64,000 bases of DNA from Octopus bimaculoides (taxonomy: Eukaryota). Positions 11,292-23,690 of this stretch are shown piece after piece. The notes under the pieces are model-generated. The model ran no database searches and was not told where the DNA came from. It saw only the letters and a list, made by a program, of their open reading frames with translations. The first letter of the stretch is position 1. Each line of letters starts with the position of its first letter. Position numbers and translations under genes: made by a program. The DNA lies in contig NC_068982.1 in NCBI RefSeq assembly GCF_001194135.2, positions 48,441,019 to 48,505,018 on the forward strand, given 5' to 3'.

Positions 11292-11790
11292 TCAATGCAG
11301 CATGAAGTGCTTTAATTGGTCACACACCTCAACGTTCAACATGTTTGTGGCATTACCATGAGTGATGGCAAGGCTAAGGCATTGGAAAAGCTAAGCACTC
11401 ACAGGCATCACCTGACACCTTATTAAGGCGAGCTGCCAATGATGACAAGAACTTTGCCATTAGTGGCTCAGCACCTCCAAATGTTTCAAACATCACAGGT
11501 GGGAAGAGATAGTTCACTGCCAGGTCCTGATACTTCAGGGTTTTGCTCCATTTTGTTACAGAAAAAGTGACCCTCCAATTTTTTGCAGTATCTAGGATGT
11601 GGGAGCGAGCAAAAGAGTCACAGACTGTGGAGTCCCAGATACGGCACCTACTGCTCATTCAGAGACAGAGAGTAAGACCATTTGGTCTCTTTCCATCACT
11701 TATGGGTAATCCTGCCAGCTCCAGAATTGGGGGGATATTAATCTGAGTTAGAGCCTGTTTAAATGATAGATGAAATGTGTTGTAAATGAC
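11292..11790 (-). mobile_element. CRE-like non-LTR retrotransposon 3' fragment (restriction-like endonuclease domain), pseudogenised
   Basis: Minus strand translates KQALTQINIPPILELAGLPISDGKRPNGLTLCL*MSSRCRIWDSTVCDSFARSHI...KYQDLAVNYLFPPVMFETFG...LAARLNKVSGD, then after a frameshift FQCLSLAITHGNATNML. This matches the DGKRPDG/WD/KY/ETxG/FQRLSIAIQRGNA pattern. Confidence 0.8.
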
Positions 11791-12545
11791 AGATGAATGT
11801 TTCACAACTTTTACTAAACAACCTACACCGAAGGGTTATTTATAGTGTTTATGTTGTACATTAGCTCTCTCCCTCCATCAGATCGACATTGCTTCCCAAC
11901 CACATGGTTCCAGGTTCAGTCCCACAACATGGCACCTTGCGCAAGTGTCTTCTGCTATACCACCAAGCCAACCAAAGCCCAGTGAATCATAGTGGGCTTG
12001 CAAGACTCAGTTGTTGTCACTTACAGTATTCTTTAAGTATTCATATGCACAACCACAGGTCAATCAATATGAGTACATGTAAGCAAACATATATTTTTAT
12101 ATATACATTACACACACACACACACACACACACGCACGCACGCACACACATACCCCCTTACACATACATACTTGCATATATATATATTATAAAGGCTAAA
12201 CAAGCCCTTCAGTTATGAATGATCATGGGATTTGCACCTAGAAAGTTCCCCTCTGAGGCAACAGTCTGGCCAAATTTGTGAATGGAAGACCAGCAGTCAG
12301 CCATGCATATCAGCCTCCCCTTTCCATGCCACCAATGTTATCCAAGGGAAAGGCAAAATTTGATACAACTTGGCAATAGTGACATCTCAACTCATTTCTA
12401 CAGCTGAGTGAACTGGAGCAACGTGAAATAAAGTGTCTTGCTCAAGAATACAACAAACAGCCCAGTCTGGGAATTGATCTCATTACCTCATGATTGTGAG
12501 CCTGACTCTCTATCCACAGAGCCATGCACCTTTACAAACACACGT

Positions 12546-12587
<42 letters not shown>

Positions 12588-14121
12588 NNNNNNNNNNNNN
12601 NNNNNNNNNNNNNNNNNNNNNNNNNNNNNNNNNNNNNNNNNNNNNNNNNNNNNNNNNNNNNNNNNNNNNNNNNNNNNNNNNNNNNNNNNNNNNNNNNNNN
12701 NNNATATATATATATATAAAGGTAAAAACCCCCTTTGGTCATGACTGAACAAAGGGTTGCACCTGGAAAGTTCCCCTCCAAGGCACAAAAGTCTGGGCAA
12801 GGTTGTTTATTGAAGACCAGCAGTCACCTCTAGCAATTTTCATACCAATGTGGAAGACAGTGTCCTCCACTTGTGGAGGTGCATATCTTAGTGACTAGGG
12901 TATTGGACTCATGATTTTAAGATTGTGGTTTCAATACCTTAACTGGGTGATGCATTGTGTTCTTGGACAAAACATTTCATTTCACATTGCTCCAGTACAC
13001 CCAACTGGCACAAATGAATAATCCTGCAACAGACTGGCATCCCATCCAGTGAGGAATATATATGCCATGAAACCAGGAATTCAGTCCTTATGAGTCAGCA
13101 TGACTTGAGAAGTGAAGTTTACCTATACTCCACTAATTTCTGTATACAGTCCTGAACCGTAAAGTACCTAAACATTTCTCACCTGGAATATTTGTCCTTA
13201 AAGAATAAATATTTCAGAAGCACCATCGATTGAAAACTCCATGAAAAAGTCCTATCATATATGAGCAACTAAAATAACACTTCTGGAAAAATGGTACCAC
13301 CATGCTGTCTTTTCTCTTCTTATGAACAATATACAGTGATGAGCATCATTCTTCTCACTAATCTTAGACCCTACAATAAATTTAACATTGCCTTTCAATA
13401 TCCTCCATGAAACGGAAATAATAGGTTCTAGACAGGGTACTGAAGTTGATATAATCATCTAAACCACTTAAAGGCAGTGCTCCAGCACGGCCATTGCAGC
13501 CAATTGAATTTAGCCAGTAGAAAAACAAAGAATAATAGAATATTTAAGTTGGTTCTCTTCATCACTACTACAGAATAAATTGCTGTTCTATTCATTTTCA
13601 TTTTCAACTGTTTTGAGAAATATTTTCTTCACTGAGGAGTATTACTCTGGGGATGATAACATTTTGAAACAATAACAATTATTTAAATTTAAAATAACTC
13701 AATTTTTCTATAGTTTTGTGCTGTTTCTTGTCAATAACATCTATAAAGCTGTCAAGATGTCACTTAGGACTTATTTGCAAGTTACAATGTATTTCATTTT
13801 GCTTTGTTAAGTTTGTCTTTTTTCTTCAATAAAATATGTGGTATTATTTATTCTTTTTTTTAAATTATCCATCTCATAAAAATTAACCAGTAGAGGAATT
13901 CAATTTTAAACCAACATCTAAATATTACAAAAAAGACTTAACAAAAAAAGAAAAAGAATATAAAGAATAATATTAAACCAATAAAAAATATTAAAAAATG
14001 AAATTAATTTCTACTCCAGTATTTGAATTTTTAGTTTGAAATTACGTTTGTAATATTTATTATATTACTCAGAATAATACTGTTTTGTTGCACCATAATT
14101 CTAACTTTGAAGCAAATATAG

Positions 14122-14153
14122 TCTTCATTTACCTTTGGAGATCTTCAAAATTG
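14122..14153 (+). CDS. candidate small exon (SLHLPLEIFKI)
   Basis: G|GTAAGG donor, weak acceptor. Phase 2 to 1 is compatible with the 3756 and 26714 candidates. Confidence 0.15.
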
Positions 14154-14189
14154 GTAAGGAGGAAGAAAGATTAAAGATTTTTGCCAGCA

Positions 14190-14440
14190 TAACATGGCAG
14201 TCCTGATTTAGGACGAATATTGCTGTGATTTATCCCCTGGAGACATCGTCTCCAGCTGGCTATGCGACATGATCGGGGTCCTTATATTTTTGAACAAGGG
14301 AATCTAGCACCCCCACTCAGCTCAAAACAGTATCTGTGTATCGCGATTTCCATGTTATTTCCCTTCATCAGCACAGAATAAATAATTGTTCGGCTAGAGG
14401 TGGCATTGCCAAATTCCCATTCGAAATATATAGTTTTCGA
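14190..14440 (-). mobile_element. CpG-containing repeat carrying a hammerhead-like motif (Penelope/retrozyme-like)
   Basis: Locally CpG-rich block in an AT-rich background, bordered by (GTT/ATT)n, containing the 14333-14377 motif. Confidence 0.5.
14333..14377 (-). ncRNA. type I hammerhead ribozyme-like motif (intact core, eroded stem II)
   Basis: Minus strand reads UCUGUG-CUGAUGA-AGGGAAAUAACAUG-GAA-AUCGCGAU-A-CACAGA. Stem I is a perfect 6 bp, stem III is the perfect palindrome AUCGCGAU, and the site is AUA. Confidence 0.65.
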
Positions 14441-15493
14441 TGTTGTTGTTGTTATTATTATTATTCAGGTCACTGCCTGGAATCAAACTCGGAATCTTAG
14501 GGTTAGTAGCCTGTGCTCTTAACCACTATGCCATATGCCCATGGGTCTTCTCAAGTACAGTAAATCGTCACATCTCTCAGTCCCTTATCATTTTCTCAGT
14601 GAGGTCCAGCACATGAAGATCCTTTCTCACCACCTTGTCCCATGTCCTCCTGGGTCTACCCCTTCCACTGGTACTCGCCATAAGTAGAGCTCAGCACTTC
14701 TTTACACAGCTGTACAAAAAACTCTTGTGCAACCTAGTTTTGATCCCCAGTTTTACAACTAGTTCACTTTATTTCTGTAATGTCTTTGAGAAAGGTATAA
14801 ATGGCAAAAATGTTATTATGCTGAATAGTCAATTTAAATGCTTTTTATTATTTCCACATGTTACTTTCTGTATAGTCATGAACTGAGCAAATTGAAAAAA
14901 ATATTTGGAAATCATTTTAGTGCTTCAATTTTATGCTTTAAAATATGATTGCTCTTCAATATTGCTGTTACTGCGAATGTTATTCATGTAATGTTGTTGC
15001 TTGTTTTATAAAATAAGAAAGAACTTTTCATGTACTAGTGCATTTTTAATTGCATGTATTCGTTTATAGGAAAAAATATTATCAACTTTTTTTTATTGGT
15101 TTAGAAACTAAAAATACTTCATTTTTTCCCCTTCTTTCACTTTCTTAACATTTCTTTAGCATTATATCTTGCATAGGATATGCTGAACTTTGATACCAGC
15201 CATTATTAGAAAACTCATTAAAAAAATAATTTTGTGAAAGAAAGCCAATTAGAAAATAAAATACTTTTTAATATAAAAGGATGTTGTGTATCTGAGCCAT
15301 TACAAGTGACAGTTTTACAATTACTGGATGTCCAATTCTTTCAGTGCTTCTTAGAGAAAGAACAGGATGGGGATTGGCAGAATCATTGAAGTGTTGGATA
15401 AAATAAAATGCCTTGCAGTAATTGCTTCAGCTTTTTATATTCTGAGTTCAAAACCTGCTATGGTTAACTTTGCTTTTCATTCCTCAGGATCAT

Positions 15494-15529
<36 letters not shown>

Positions 15530-15533
<4 letters not shown>

Positions 15534-16030
15534 ATAATTTAATGATCATTGTCTATGCTGGCATGGGTTGGATGGCTTGATCAGAACTGGCAAACTGGGG
15601 AACTGCCCCAGACTTCAGTCTGATTTGGCATGGTTTCTATGGCTGGTTGCCTTTCCTAATGCCAACCACTTTAAAGAGTGTGTTGGAGGCTTTTATGTAG
15701 CACTGCATGGGTGCTTTTACAGTGTTGCATGGACTCTTTTATGTGGCATCAAACAGGTGCTTTTATGTGGCACCACATGGGTGCTTTTACATGATACTGC
15801 ATGAGCACTTTTACATGACTCTGCATGGGCGTCTTTACATGGCACCACACAGGCAATTTTTTATGTGCTACTGCACAGGCACTTTTGCATGACACTGCAT
15901 GGGTGCTTTACATGGCACTGTACTGGAGCTTTACATGGCACCATACTGGTGTTTACATGACACCACATTGGGTGCTTTTATGTAGCACTGTAAAGGCACT
16001 TTATGTGACACTTTCATGGGTGCTTTTCAC
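15530..16030 (-). mobile_element. RTE-tailed element with ~24-bp minisatellite
   Basis: RTE tail in reverse at 15530-15680, then about 14 units of GCTTTTAYRTGGCACYRCATGGGT from 15689 to 16030. Confidence 0.85.
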
Positions 16031-16349
16031 TACCAGAGGGGCTGGTCTTAACATTTCTGTTACAGAATACAGGTCTTCTTGAGTACAGCAAGATCAATAA
16101 AATAAAATACCAGTCAAATATTGAAAATAATGGTGTAGTCTAGCAGTTTGATAAAGGAGACTGATAGAATAAGTACCAGGCCTAAAAAAAAGTACTGGGG
16201 TTGATTAATTTGACTAAAATTCTTCATAGTGGTGCCGCAGCATGGCCAGGGTCTAACGATTGAAACAAGTAAAAGGTAAAAGAAAGATTTCTAAATCCTT
16301 TATCAACCTTTTAAAAATATATTTTTTAACAAGTTTTAGTTTAATATTT

Positions 16350-16700
16350 AAGTGGCTGTGTGGTAAGTAGCTTGCTTTCCAACCACATGGTTCTAGGTTT
16401 ATTCCAACTGCATGGCACTTTGGGCAAGTGTCCTCTACTATAGCCTTCGGCCGACTGAAGCCTTGTACGTGGATTTGGTAGATGGAAACTGAAAGAAGCC
16501 CGTTGTATGTATATATGCTTGTGTGTGTGTGTTTGCCCCCCTCCATCACTTGACAACCGTAACTTAGCAGTTCAGCAAAAGACACCGATAGAATAAGTAC
16601 TAGGCTTACAAAGAATAAGTCTTGGGGTCAATTTGTTCAACTAAAGGCGGTACTCCAGCATGGCCACAGTCAAATGACTGAAACAAGTAAAAGAATGAAA
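16350..16700 (+). mobile_element. SINE family A
   Basis: Head, core and 3' end all present, with an internal deletion. Confidence 0.88.
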
Positions 16701-17458
16701 GAATTACTAGCTAGCCCCGTGCTGTCAAAAACGATGGTCAATTGTGGTATTTTATATATATGAATGAGGTACAAAATAAGGTACATAATAATTACTTACA
16801 CAAACATTCTCATACTTCTCTTCTACACACACACACACATATATTCACATAGAGTTGAAACGCTGTTTGATTTTTCTTTTCAGCAATGAATGTTCACCAT
16901 CCCACTTCCATAACACATACACACACATTCACATACCTTCCCTTTACATACACACACACACATATACTCACACAGTTGAAATGCTGTTTGATTTTTTTTC
17001 AATGTACTATTTCCATCATCCCACTACCATTTTGCTATCACCTCTTCCTTCCTTAGTCATCTATCGCCCCTTCCTTTCTCATTCATATGTTGTGATGGAG
17101 AAAGACACAAGAGCATTATTATAATAGATGCTACAGACTCCCAGGTTGATGAGGCAAAAGAAATAAGAAGACTAAAGAAATATTCTTGCAGTTATTTTTT
17201 TAAGAAACCAGTCATTAGTGAAGTCAAATTGTTTTAGCTGGGAATAAAAATATCAGAACATGAATTTATTTCACCAGAGGTTTTCTTTTGTGTTTTTTAC
17301 ACAAGTTTTAGTCACTGGGCTGTTGACATGCGGGCGTACCACCTTTGAGTGCTCAGTCAATTACATCAGTGGCCATTACTATTTTATCAACTGGTACTCA
17401 TTTTATTTACACCAGAAAGATGAAGAGCGAAATAGACCAGGACAAGATTTGAACTCAG

Positions 17459-17925
17459 GATGCCAGCGCTGCCTGACTGGCACCTGTGCTGTTGGCACCT
17501 AAAAAGCACCATTGAAGCCTGGTCGATGCCCATGGCGCCTGACTGGCTCCTGTGCCAGTGGCATGTAAAAAGCACCATTTGACCGTGGATGATGCCAGTG
17601 CTGGTGGCACATAAAAAAGCTCCATTTGAGCATGGTTGATGTCAGTGCTGCCTGACTGGCTCTTGTGCTGATGGAATGTTAAAAGCACCATTCGAGTGTG
17701 GTTGATGCCAGTATTGCCTGACTGGCACCTGTGTTGGTGGCATGTAAAAAGCACCCACTGCACTCTCAGAATGGTTGGCGTTAGGAGGGGCATCCAGCTA
17801 TAAAAACCTTGCCAAATCAGACTGGTGCCTGGTGCAGCCTCCTGGCTTGCCAGTCCTCAGTCAAACCATCTAACCCATGCCAGCATGGAAAGCGGACTTT
17901 AAATGATGACGATGATGATGATGTA
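17459..17925 (+). mobile_element. RTE-tailed element with 66-bp minisatellite
   Basis: Units of 66, 66, 47, 66 and about 52 nt (GATGCCAGTGCTGCCTGACTGGC...AAAAAGCACCATT), then the RTE tail ending GATGACGATGATGATG. Confidence 0.88.
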
Positions 17926-17959
17926 AAGAGATGAAAAGAGACATCACCCTGTATTTGTT

Positions 17960-18277
17960 GAATGCTTCAGAGGAGATGACCAAAGACAAAGATATAGGGT
18001 GTTTCCTCTGATGCAAAGGACTGACCTGCAAGAGTCTTGTGGCAGTGCCACATAAAAAGCATTCATGCTGGGGCCATTTAAAAAGCACTTGTACTGGCAC
18101 CATGTAAAGGCACCGGTACTGGTGGTATGTTAAAAGCACCCAGTACAGACTGTAAAGTGGTTGGCATTAGGAAGGGAATTCATCAATAGAAACCAAGCTG
18201 GAACCTGGTGCAGCTCTCCTGCTTGCCAGCTCTGGTCAAATCTTCCAACCCATGTCAGCATGGAAAACAAACGTTAA

Positions 18278-18310
<33 letters not shown>

Positions 18311-18330
18311 GTGATGGTGATGATGATGGT
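17960..18330 (+). mobile_element. RTE 3' end (EEMTKD motif, about 4 short units, tail, long (GAT)n)
   Basis: CAGAGGAGATGACCAAAGAC, then AAAAGCAC units, GTGGTTGGCATTAGGAAGGG, and (GAT)n at 18281-18330. Confidence 0.75.
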
Positions 18331-19104
18331 GGTTTAATGCTTTACAAGTTCTGTCATTTCACCAGAAGTTTGCCAATATTTTTTCCTCATCATTTGACAT
18401 CTTTTTCAGTATTACCACTAATGTAAACATGTCACATGTCACATTTTAACCGAAGTAGCTTTTATTCTACAGAACATTACAATATAGAAAATGCTATTCA
18501 ACAAAACAATGATTTCGGTTCTTTTCTAGACTGACAGACCTAAATTTGAGATAACATTTTAATCATAGAAAAATTGCATATTTATTATTGATTTTTATAT
18601 AAATAGTTGTTTAATTTTTCAATAGAAATGTCCACCCTTTCAACATAAGTACCATTTAGATACTTTGTCACCAGGAAAATGGCACCAAAGTACAATGATA
18701 GTTGAAAAGCTGGTAATTGGAAATCCACTTCTCAGTCAGAAAGTAATTTCATTGTCTGATGATTTTTAATATACCTTTCAACAGAGGCTTTCACATTAAA
18801 AGGATAATTAAAAAGACAGAGGTTGGATAATAATAAACACACAGAAATATACAAATATACCTTCTAGTAATATGCTTGTGTATCAATGCAAGAATAGGTT
18901 TAATATTAAGGAGGTATAGCTGTGTGGTTAAGAAATTTATGTTGCAACTATGTGGTTCCAGATTTATTCCTACTGTGTAGCATCATGGCCAAGTGTCTTC
19001 TACTACAGCTTTGGATTGAACCAATGCCCTGTGAGTGAAGACTTTGATACACAGAAACTGACTGAAAGCCTGATATGTTTGAGCATGTGCATGTGTATGA
19101 TTGT

Positions 19105-19106
<2 letters not shown>

Positions 19107-19187
<81 letters not shown>

Positions 19188-19200
19188 CACACACACACAC
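19107..19200. repeat. (CA)n microsatellite
   Basis: Direct reading. Confidence 0.98.
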
Positions 19201-19574
19201 ATGCACACACATACAGTGTAAACAGAGTTAGCGGATATAATAACTGACTAAGGGATAAAATATCTGTACATGGTATCAGTATCCATTACCTGTGTTATCC
19301 CCGGGCATTGGTGTGCAGGCACACTATGCACGTAGAGTGCAGGTAACAACAGGATAAAAAAGAGTTATCAGGAAACAAATACAAATAATCAGAAAAAAGG
19401 AGAAAACACCAAGACAAACTTTTATGGACCAAAAAATTCCTTGTGAAATGAAGCAGAATGTGGAAAAATGGCGACGATGTTTCAGAGTTTACACTACATA
19501 TTTACATTATGAGTTTTCTACTTTTTCTACTTTTTAACTATAATTTTGTTTAAAATATTATTTATATTTATTAG

Positions 19575-20650
19575 GGTGGTGAGCTGGCAGAATCATTAGA
19601 ATACTGGGCAAAATGTTTAGTGGCCCTTCATCTGTCCTTATTTCTGAGTTAAAATTCTGCTAGGTTAACTTTACCTTTCATTCTTGCAGAGTTAATAAAA
19701 CACATACCAGTTGAACACTGGGGTCGATGTAATTGAATTACCCCTTCCCACTAAATTGCTGGCCTTGTGCTAAAATTTAAAATTAATATTATCTACATTA
19801 TTGTCTTCAGAACTTTGTTATATGTTATTTTTTTTGTTGGACCATTATCATCATTATTGTGTTTTTTATGTCATAAATAATTCTTTCATACAACTGATTG
19901 AGAGGAGCTATAGACTGTAACAATAAAAAATATGTCTAGATCAGCTAAATGCTTTCAGGAAATTTTTTTCTCTTATCGGTAATTTTTTTCCCCTCACCTT
20001 TTCTATTATTTTTCAAAATAACTATGTTAATATCAACAATGACAATATACCTGCAGTTGTAAATTCTGTCAATAAAAAAAATATACTATGTAAATCATTT
20101 CAGTTGTTAGTGACAAAAAAAAAATCAATTCTTCCTTCAAACAAATTCTTTTATTAATACAGTTATAAAGGTGGTGAGCTTGCAGAATTGTTAACGTGCC
20201 AGACAAAATACTTTGCGGTATTTCACCCATCCTTCCATTATGAGTTCAAATTCCACTGAGGCTGACTTTACCTTTCATGCCCTTTTGGGGTCAATAAAAT
20301 AAGTAATAGCAGAGAACTGGAATTGATGTGATTGACTATCCCACTCACCACAAAATCCAGGCCTTGTGTTTATAGTAGAAAATATTATTATTATTATAAT
20401 TAGTATTAGTATTAGTATCATTAAGACAGCAAGCTGGTAGAATTGTTATCACACCAGGAAAAATGTTTAATAGCATCTTGTCTGTGTTTACGTTCTGAGT
20501 TCAAATTCCACTGAGGTTGACTTTGTCTTTCATCCTTTCAGGGTCAATAAATTAAACACCAGTGAAACATTGGGGGGAGGGGGGGTCAATGTAATCGACT
20601 AGTCCCCTCCCCACAAATTCCAGGTCTTGTGCCATTAGTAGATAGAATAA
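19575..20650 (+). mobile_element. cluster of three same-orientation SINE family B copies (19575-19790, 20168-20385, 20425-20650)
   Basis: Each has GAGCT(G)GCAGAAT...GAGTT(C)AAATTC...GACTTT.CCTTTCAT...GGGGTCAAT. Confidence 0.85.
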
Positions 20651-21399
20651 TTATTATTGTTATTATTATTATTATTATTTCTGGAGCTATATCTCAAATT
20701 CTAAATGAAACAGAAAGATTATCATGATAAGGAAGTTAGTTAAGTAAATAATCCAGATCAACACACTATCTTTCTTGTCACCAGGAAACAAATAAATCTT
20801 AAGCTGAAGAGATGAGAATTAGCAGAAGTGAGAATTTTAAGATTTTATAAATAGCAAATTAAACTTGAAAATCCAATATCATATGTGACTGACTAAACAG
20901 TGTTAGAACAGAATAATTAAATTTGATGAAAAAGTAGTAGAATGAAGGATGATGAAATGAACGAATCAGATTTAAATAATACCAATAACTTATTAATTAA
21001 AATTCCTATTTTGAAACTTAGAGACACTCAAAAACAATAAATTTCAAAAAAAGTGAAAAACAGATAATGAGTCAAGTGTTTATGCAAAATTTGAAAAAAA
21101 ATAAATGTTCCTTCTGCAGGTTATTTATGACTAAATTTTCTGCTCATTTATATATTACTGTAGATGTTACTTTCAGATTAAAAATTACTGTAGCATTCTT
21201 AGGATCTTTGACATCATGGAGGAGATGACAAAAGACTAGAATAACTGGCAATATGTGGTTCTTGAGAAGACTCACCCACCTCATTAAAACTGAGATTCAA
21301 GAAACACTGTGTATAAATATTCACCCACTGCCAATAACCTCCTTTAAGAAATTTCCACCACCCATCATCTCTCTAACTGCTTTGTAATTAATTCTGCTG

Positions 21400-22130
21400 C
21401 TGTAATTAAACATGAGCAGAACCACATACTTCAACTTTTCCCTGATACCATTTACTCCTCTTATTAACTGGAACCAGTTCACTGTTATCCATCTTTCCTT
21501 CTATATACTGTTCTCTCCACCTAGATTTTACATAGATTACCCTCCTGATTTTACCCTCCTGAGCCATCAAATTATTTCTCCTTTTCCATCATTCGTTTTC
21601 CTCTCTTCCATTTGCTATGTTTATCCCACACTCTTATAACCCACCCAACCATGTTATCTTTCTCTCTCTCATTCAGCCATCCTGTCACTTTCTTCCCCTT
21701 TTTACTGCATCATTACTGTTATTATTACTATCCAACCTCTCTTCCCCATCCATTCCTTTTTCCTGCACTGTCAGTCATTTCCTCTTCCTTATCTCTTCCG
21801 AAGTCATGTATTATTGTCATGTATGAATATCTTTGGTCACCCAGCAGCCCTACTCATTTCTACAGTTGTCACCTCCTTTTTCTTCTCTTCCTCCCCTACT
21901 TGTTATCTGTCAGCACTTTATTCACCATCTCACTCATTCCTGATTCCTAACCATCACTCAACCTCTACCAACCTACAATTTCTGTTCTTCCATTATCACT
22001 CATTTCTATTCACCTTGTATCTTGTGAGTTCACCTTGACACCTCATCTCTGCTGTTTTTATCTCTTTCCAGTTCCACTCTGACCTCTCTCACCCTCTCAT
22101 CCAGAATGTGAGCAGCCACAAAACTCTCCT
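21400..22130 (+). repeat. pyrimidine-rich (C/T) low-complexity tract of about 730 bp
   Basis: Strong C+T excess on the + strand with no clear period. It runs into an RTE-tailed element at about 22200-22455. Confidence 0.8.
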
Positions 22131-22459
22131 ACTGCACGAAACCTTTTCTGTCCTGTCCCCTTCTCTCTCAGTTTAAGCCTGCTTCCCATAGTATAAAGCT
22201 GTCTCCCTCTCTTTTGTAGCCCCACTTACTTGGAGGGGTTCTTAGTCTTACAGGCTGCATGGCAACCCTACCAGTGTTAGTGCCATGAAAAAAAGAAAAA
22301 AGCACCCAGTACACTCAGTGAGTGGTTGGTATTAGGAAGGGCAGCTAATCATAGAAATAATTTCAAAGCAGAGTATGATACAGTCTTTGGACCCACTGGG
22401 GCCTGTCAAACTATCAACCCATGCCAGCATAGAACAAGGATGTTAAATTATGATTACAG

Positions 22460-22503
<44 letters not shown>

Positions 22504-22786
22504 CATTATTGTTTAATGTCCATCTTCCATGCATGCATGGGTAGGATATTTGACAGGAGCCAGCCAGGTAGAAAACTAACCAAGGTTACTGTGTCTGTTT
22601 TGGCAGGTTTTTTATGGCAGGATGCCCTTCCTAACATCGATCACTCTGTAGAGTGGACTCAGTGCTTATACATCTTGGCTTGGGTTGGGCAGTTTTTTGA
22701 AGCCAATGTTTTATAGATGGATGTCCGCCCTTTTGCCAGTCCTTTTAATTGCCTTCTCTAGCATGCAGAGACATGGTGTACCTATG

Positions 22787-22892
<106 letters not shown>

Positions 22893-23324
22893 GAATGTGT
22901 AAGCATGTATGTTTATGTATTTCTGTATAATTATATCTGTACCAGTTGAGTGCTGGTATACAGAGTTAGATTCCATTATGCCAATGTCCAATTTGCATTT
23001 CCTTTATTATGAGACCAAAGACAAAATTACTAGTACTGATGGCTGATACGGTTGACTAACAAAATTCTAAAAGGCAATACTACTGCATGGCCACAGTCCA
23101 ATTATTTATACTAGTAAAAGAAGTTCAACAGAAAGAAAGCAAAGTAATACCCTTGGGATCAGTCTTATATTCTTTTAACATTTAGTGTTTTACCTTTTAC
23201 TGACTCAGCTCCATTATACCTCCATAAAATCTAAACTAATCAAGAAGCTTCAGAATGGTTGCTTGAAATATCAACCAAATATTCCCCAAATTAGACACCA
23301 CTATTTAAAAAAGTTTACGATACA

Positions 23325-23690
23325 TTCATCAGTTCTTGGTACTCCGTCGCTTACGACATCGAGGGTTCCAGTTGATCCGATCAACGGAACAGCCTGCTCA
23401 AGAAATTAACGTGCAAGTGGCTGTGCACTCCACAGACACGTGTACACTTAACGTAGTTCTCGGGGATATTTAGCGTGACACAGTGTGACAAGGCTGACCC
23501 TTTGAATTACAGGCACAACAGAAACAGGAAGTAAGAGTGAGAGAAAGTCATGGTGGAATACTACACCAGGGTTCTCCACCATCCCCTGCCAGAGCCCCGT
23601 GGAGCTTTAGGTGTTTTCGCTCAATAAACACTCACAACGCCCGGTCTGGGAATCGAAACTGCCCTAACCACTGGGCCATTGCGCCTCCAC
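23325..23690 (-). mobile_element. tRNA-headed SINE related to family D, with a long 3' region
   Basis: Minus strand GTGGAGGCGCAATGGCCCAGTGG (A box), GTTTCGATTCC (B box), TTGAGCGAAAACACCTAAAGCTCCAC core. CpGs are retained. Confidence 0.82.

Noticed and set aside
13141-13458. Non-repeat segment with a 67-aa minus ORF and a CAG|GTGAG donor
   Set aside because: No frame joins a good acceptor to the donor convincingly, and no motif was recognised.
15689-17755. Short tandem arrays as possible CRISPR arrays
   Set aside because: The units are contiguous and degenerate with no unique spacers, the context is eukaryotic, and there are no cas genes.
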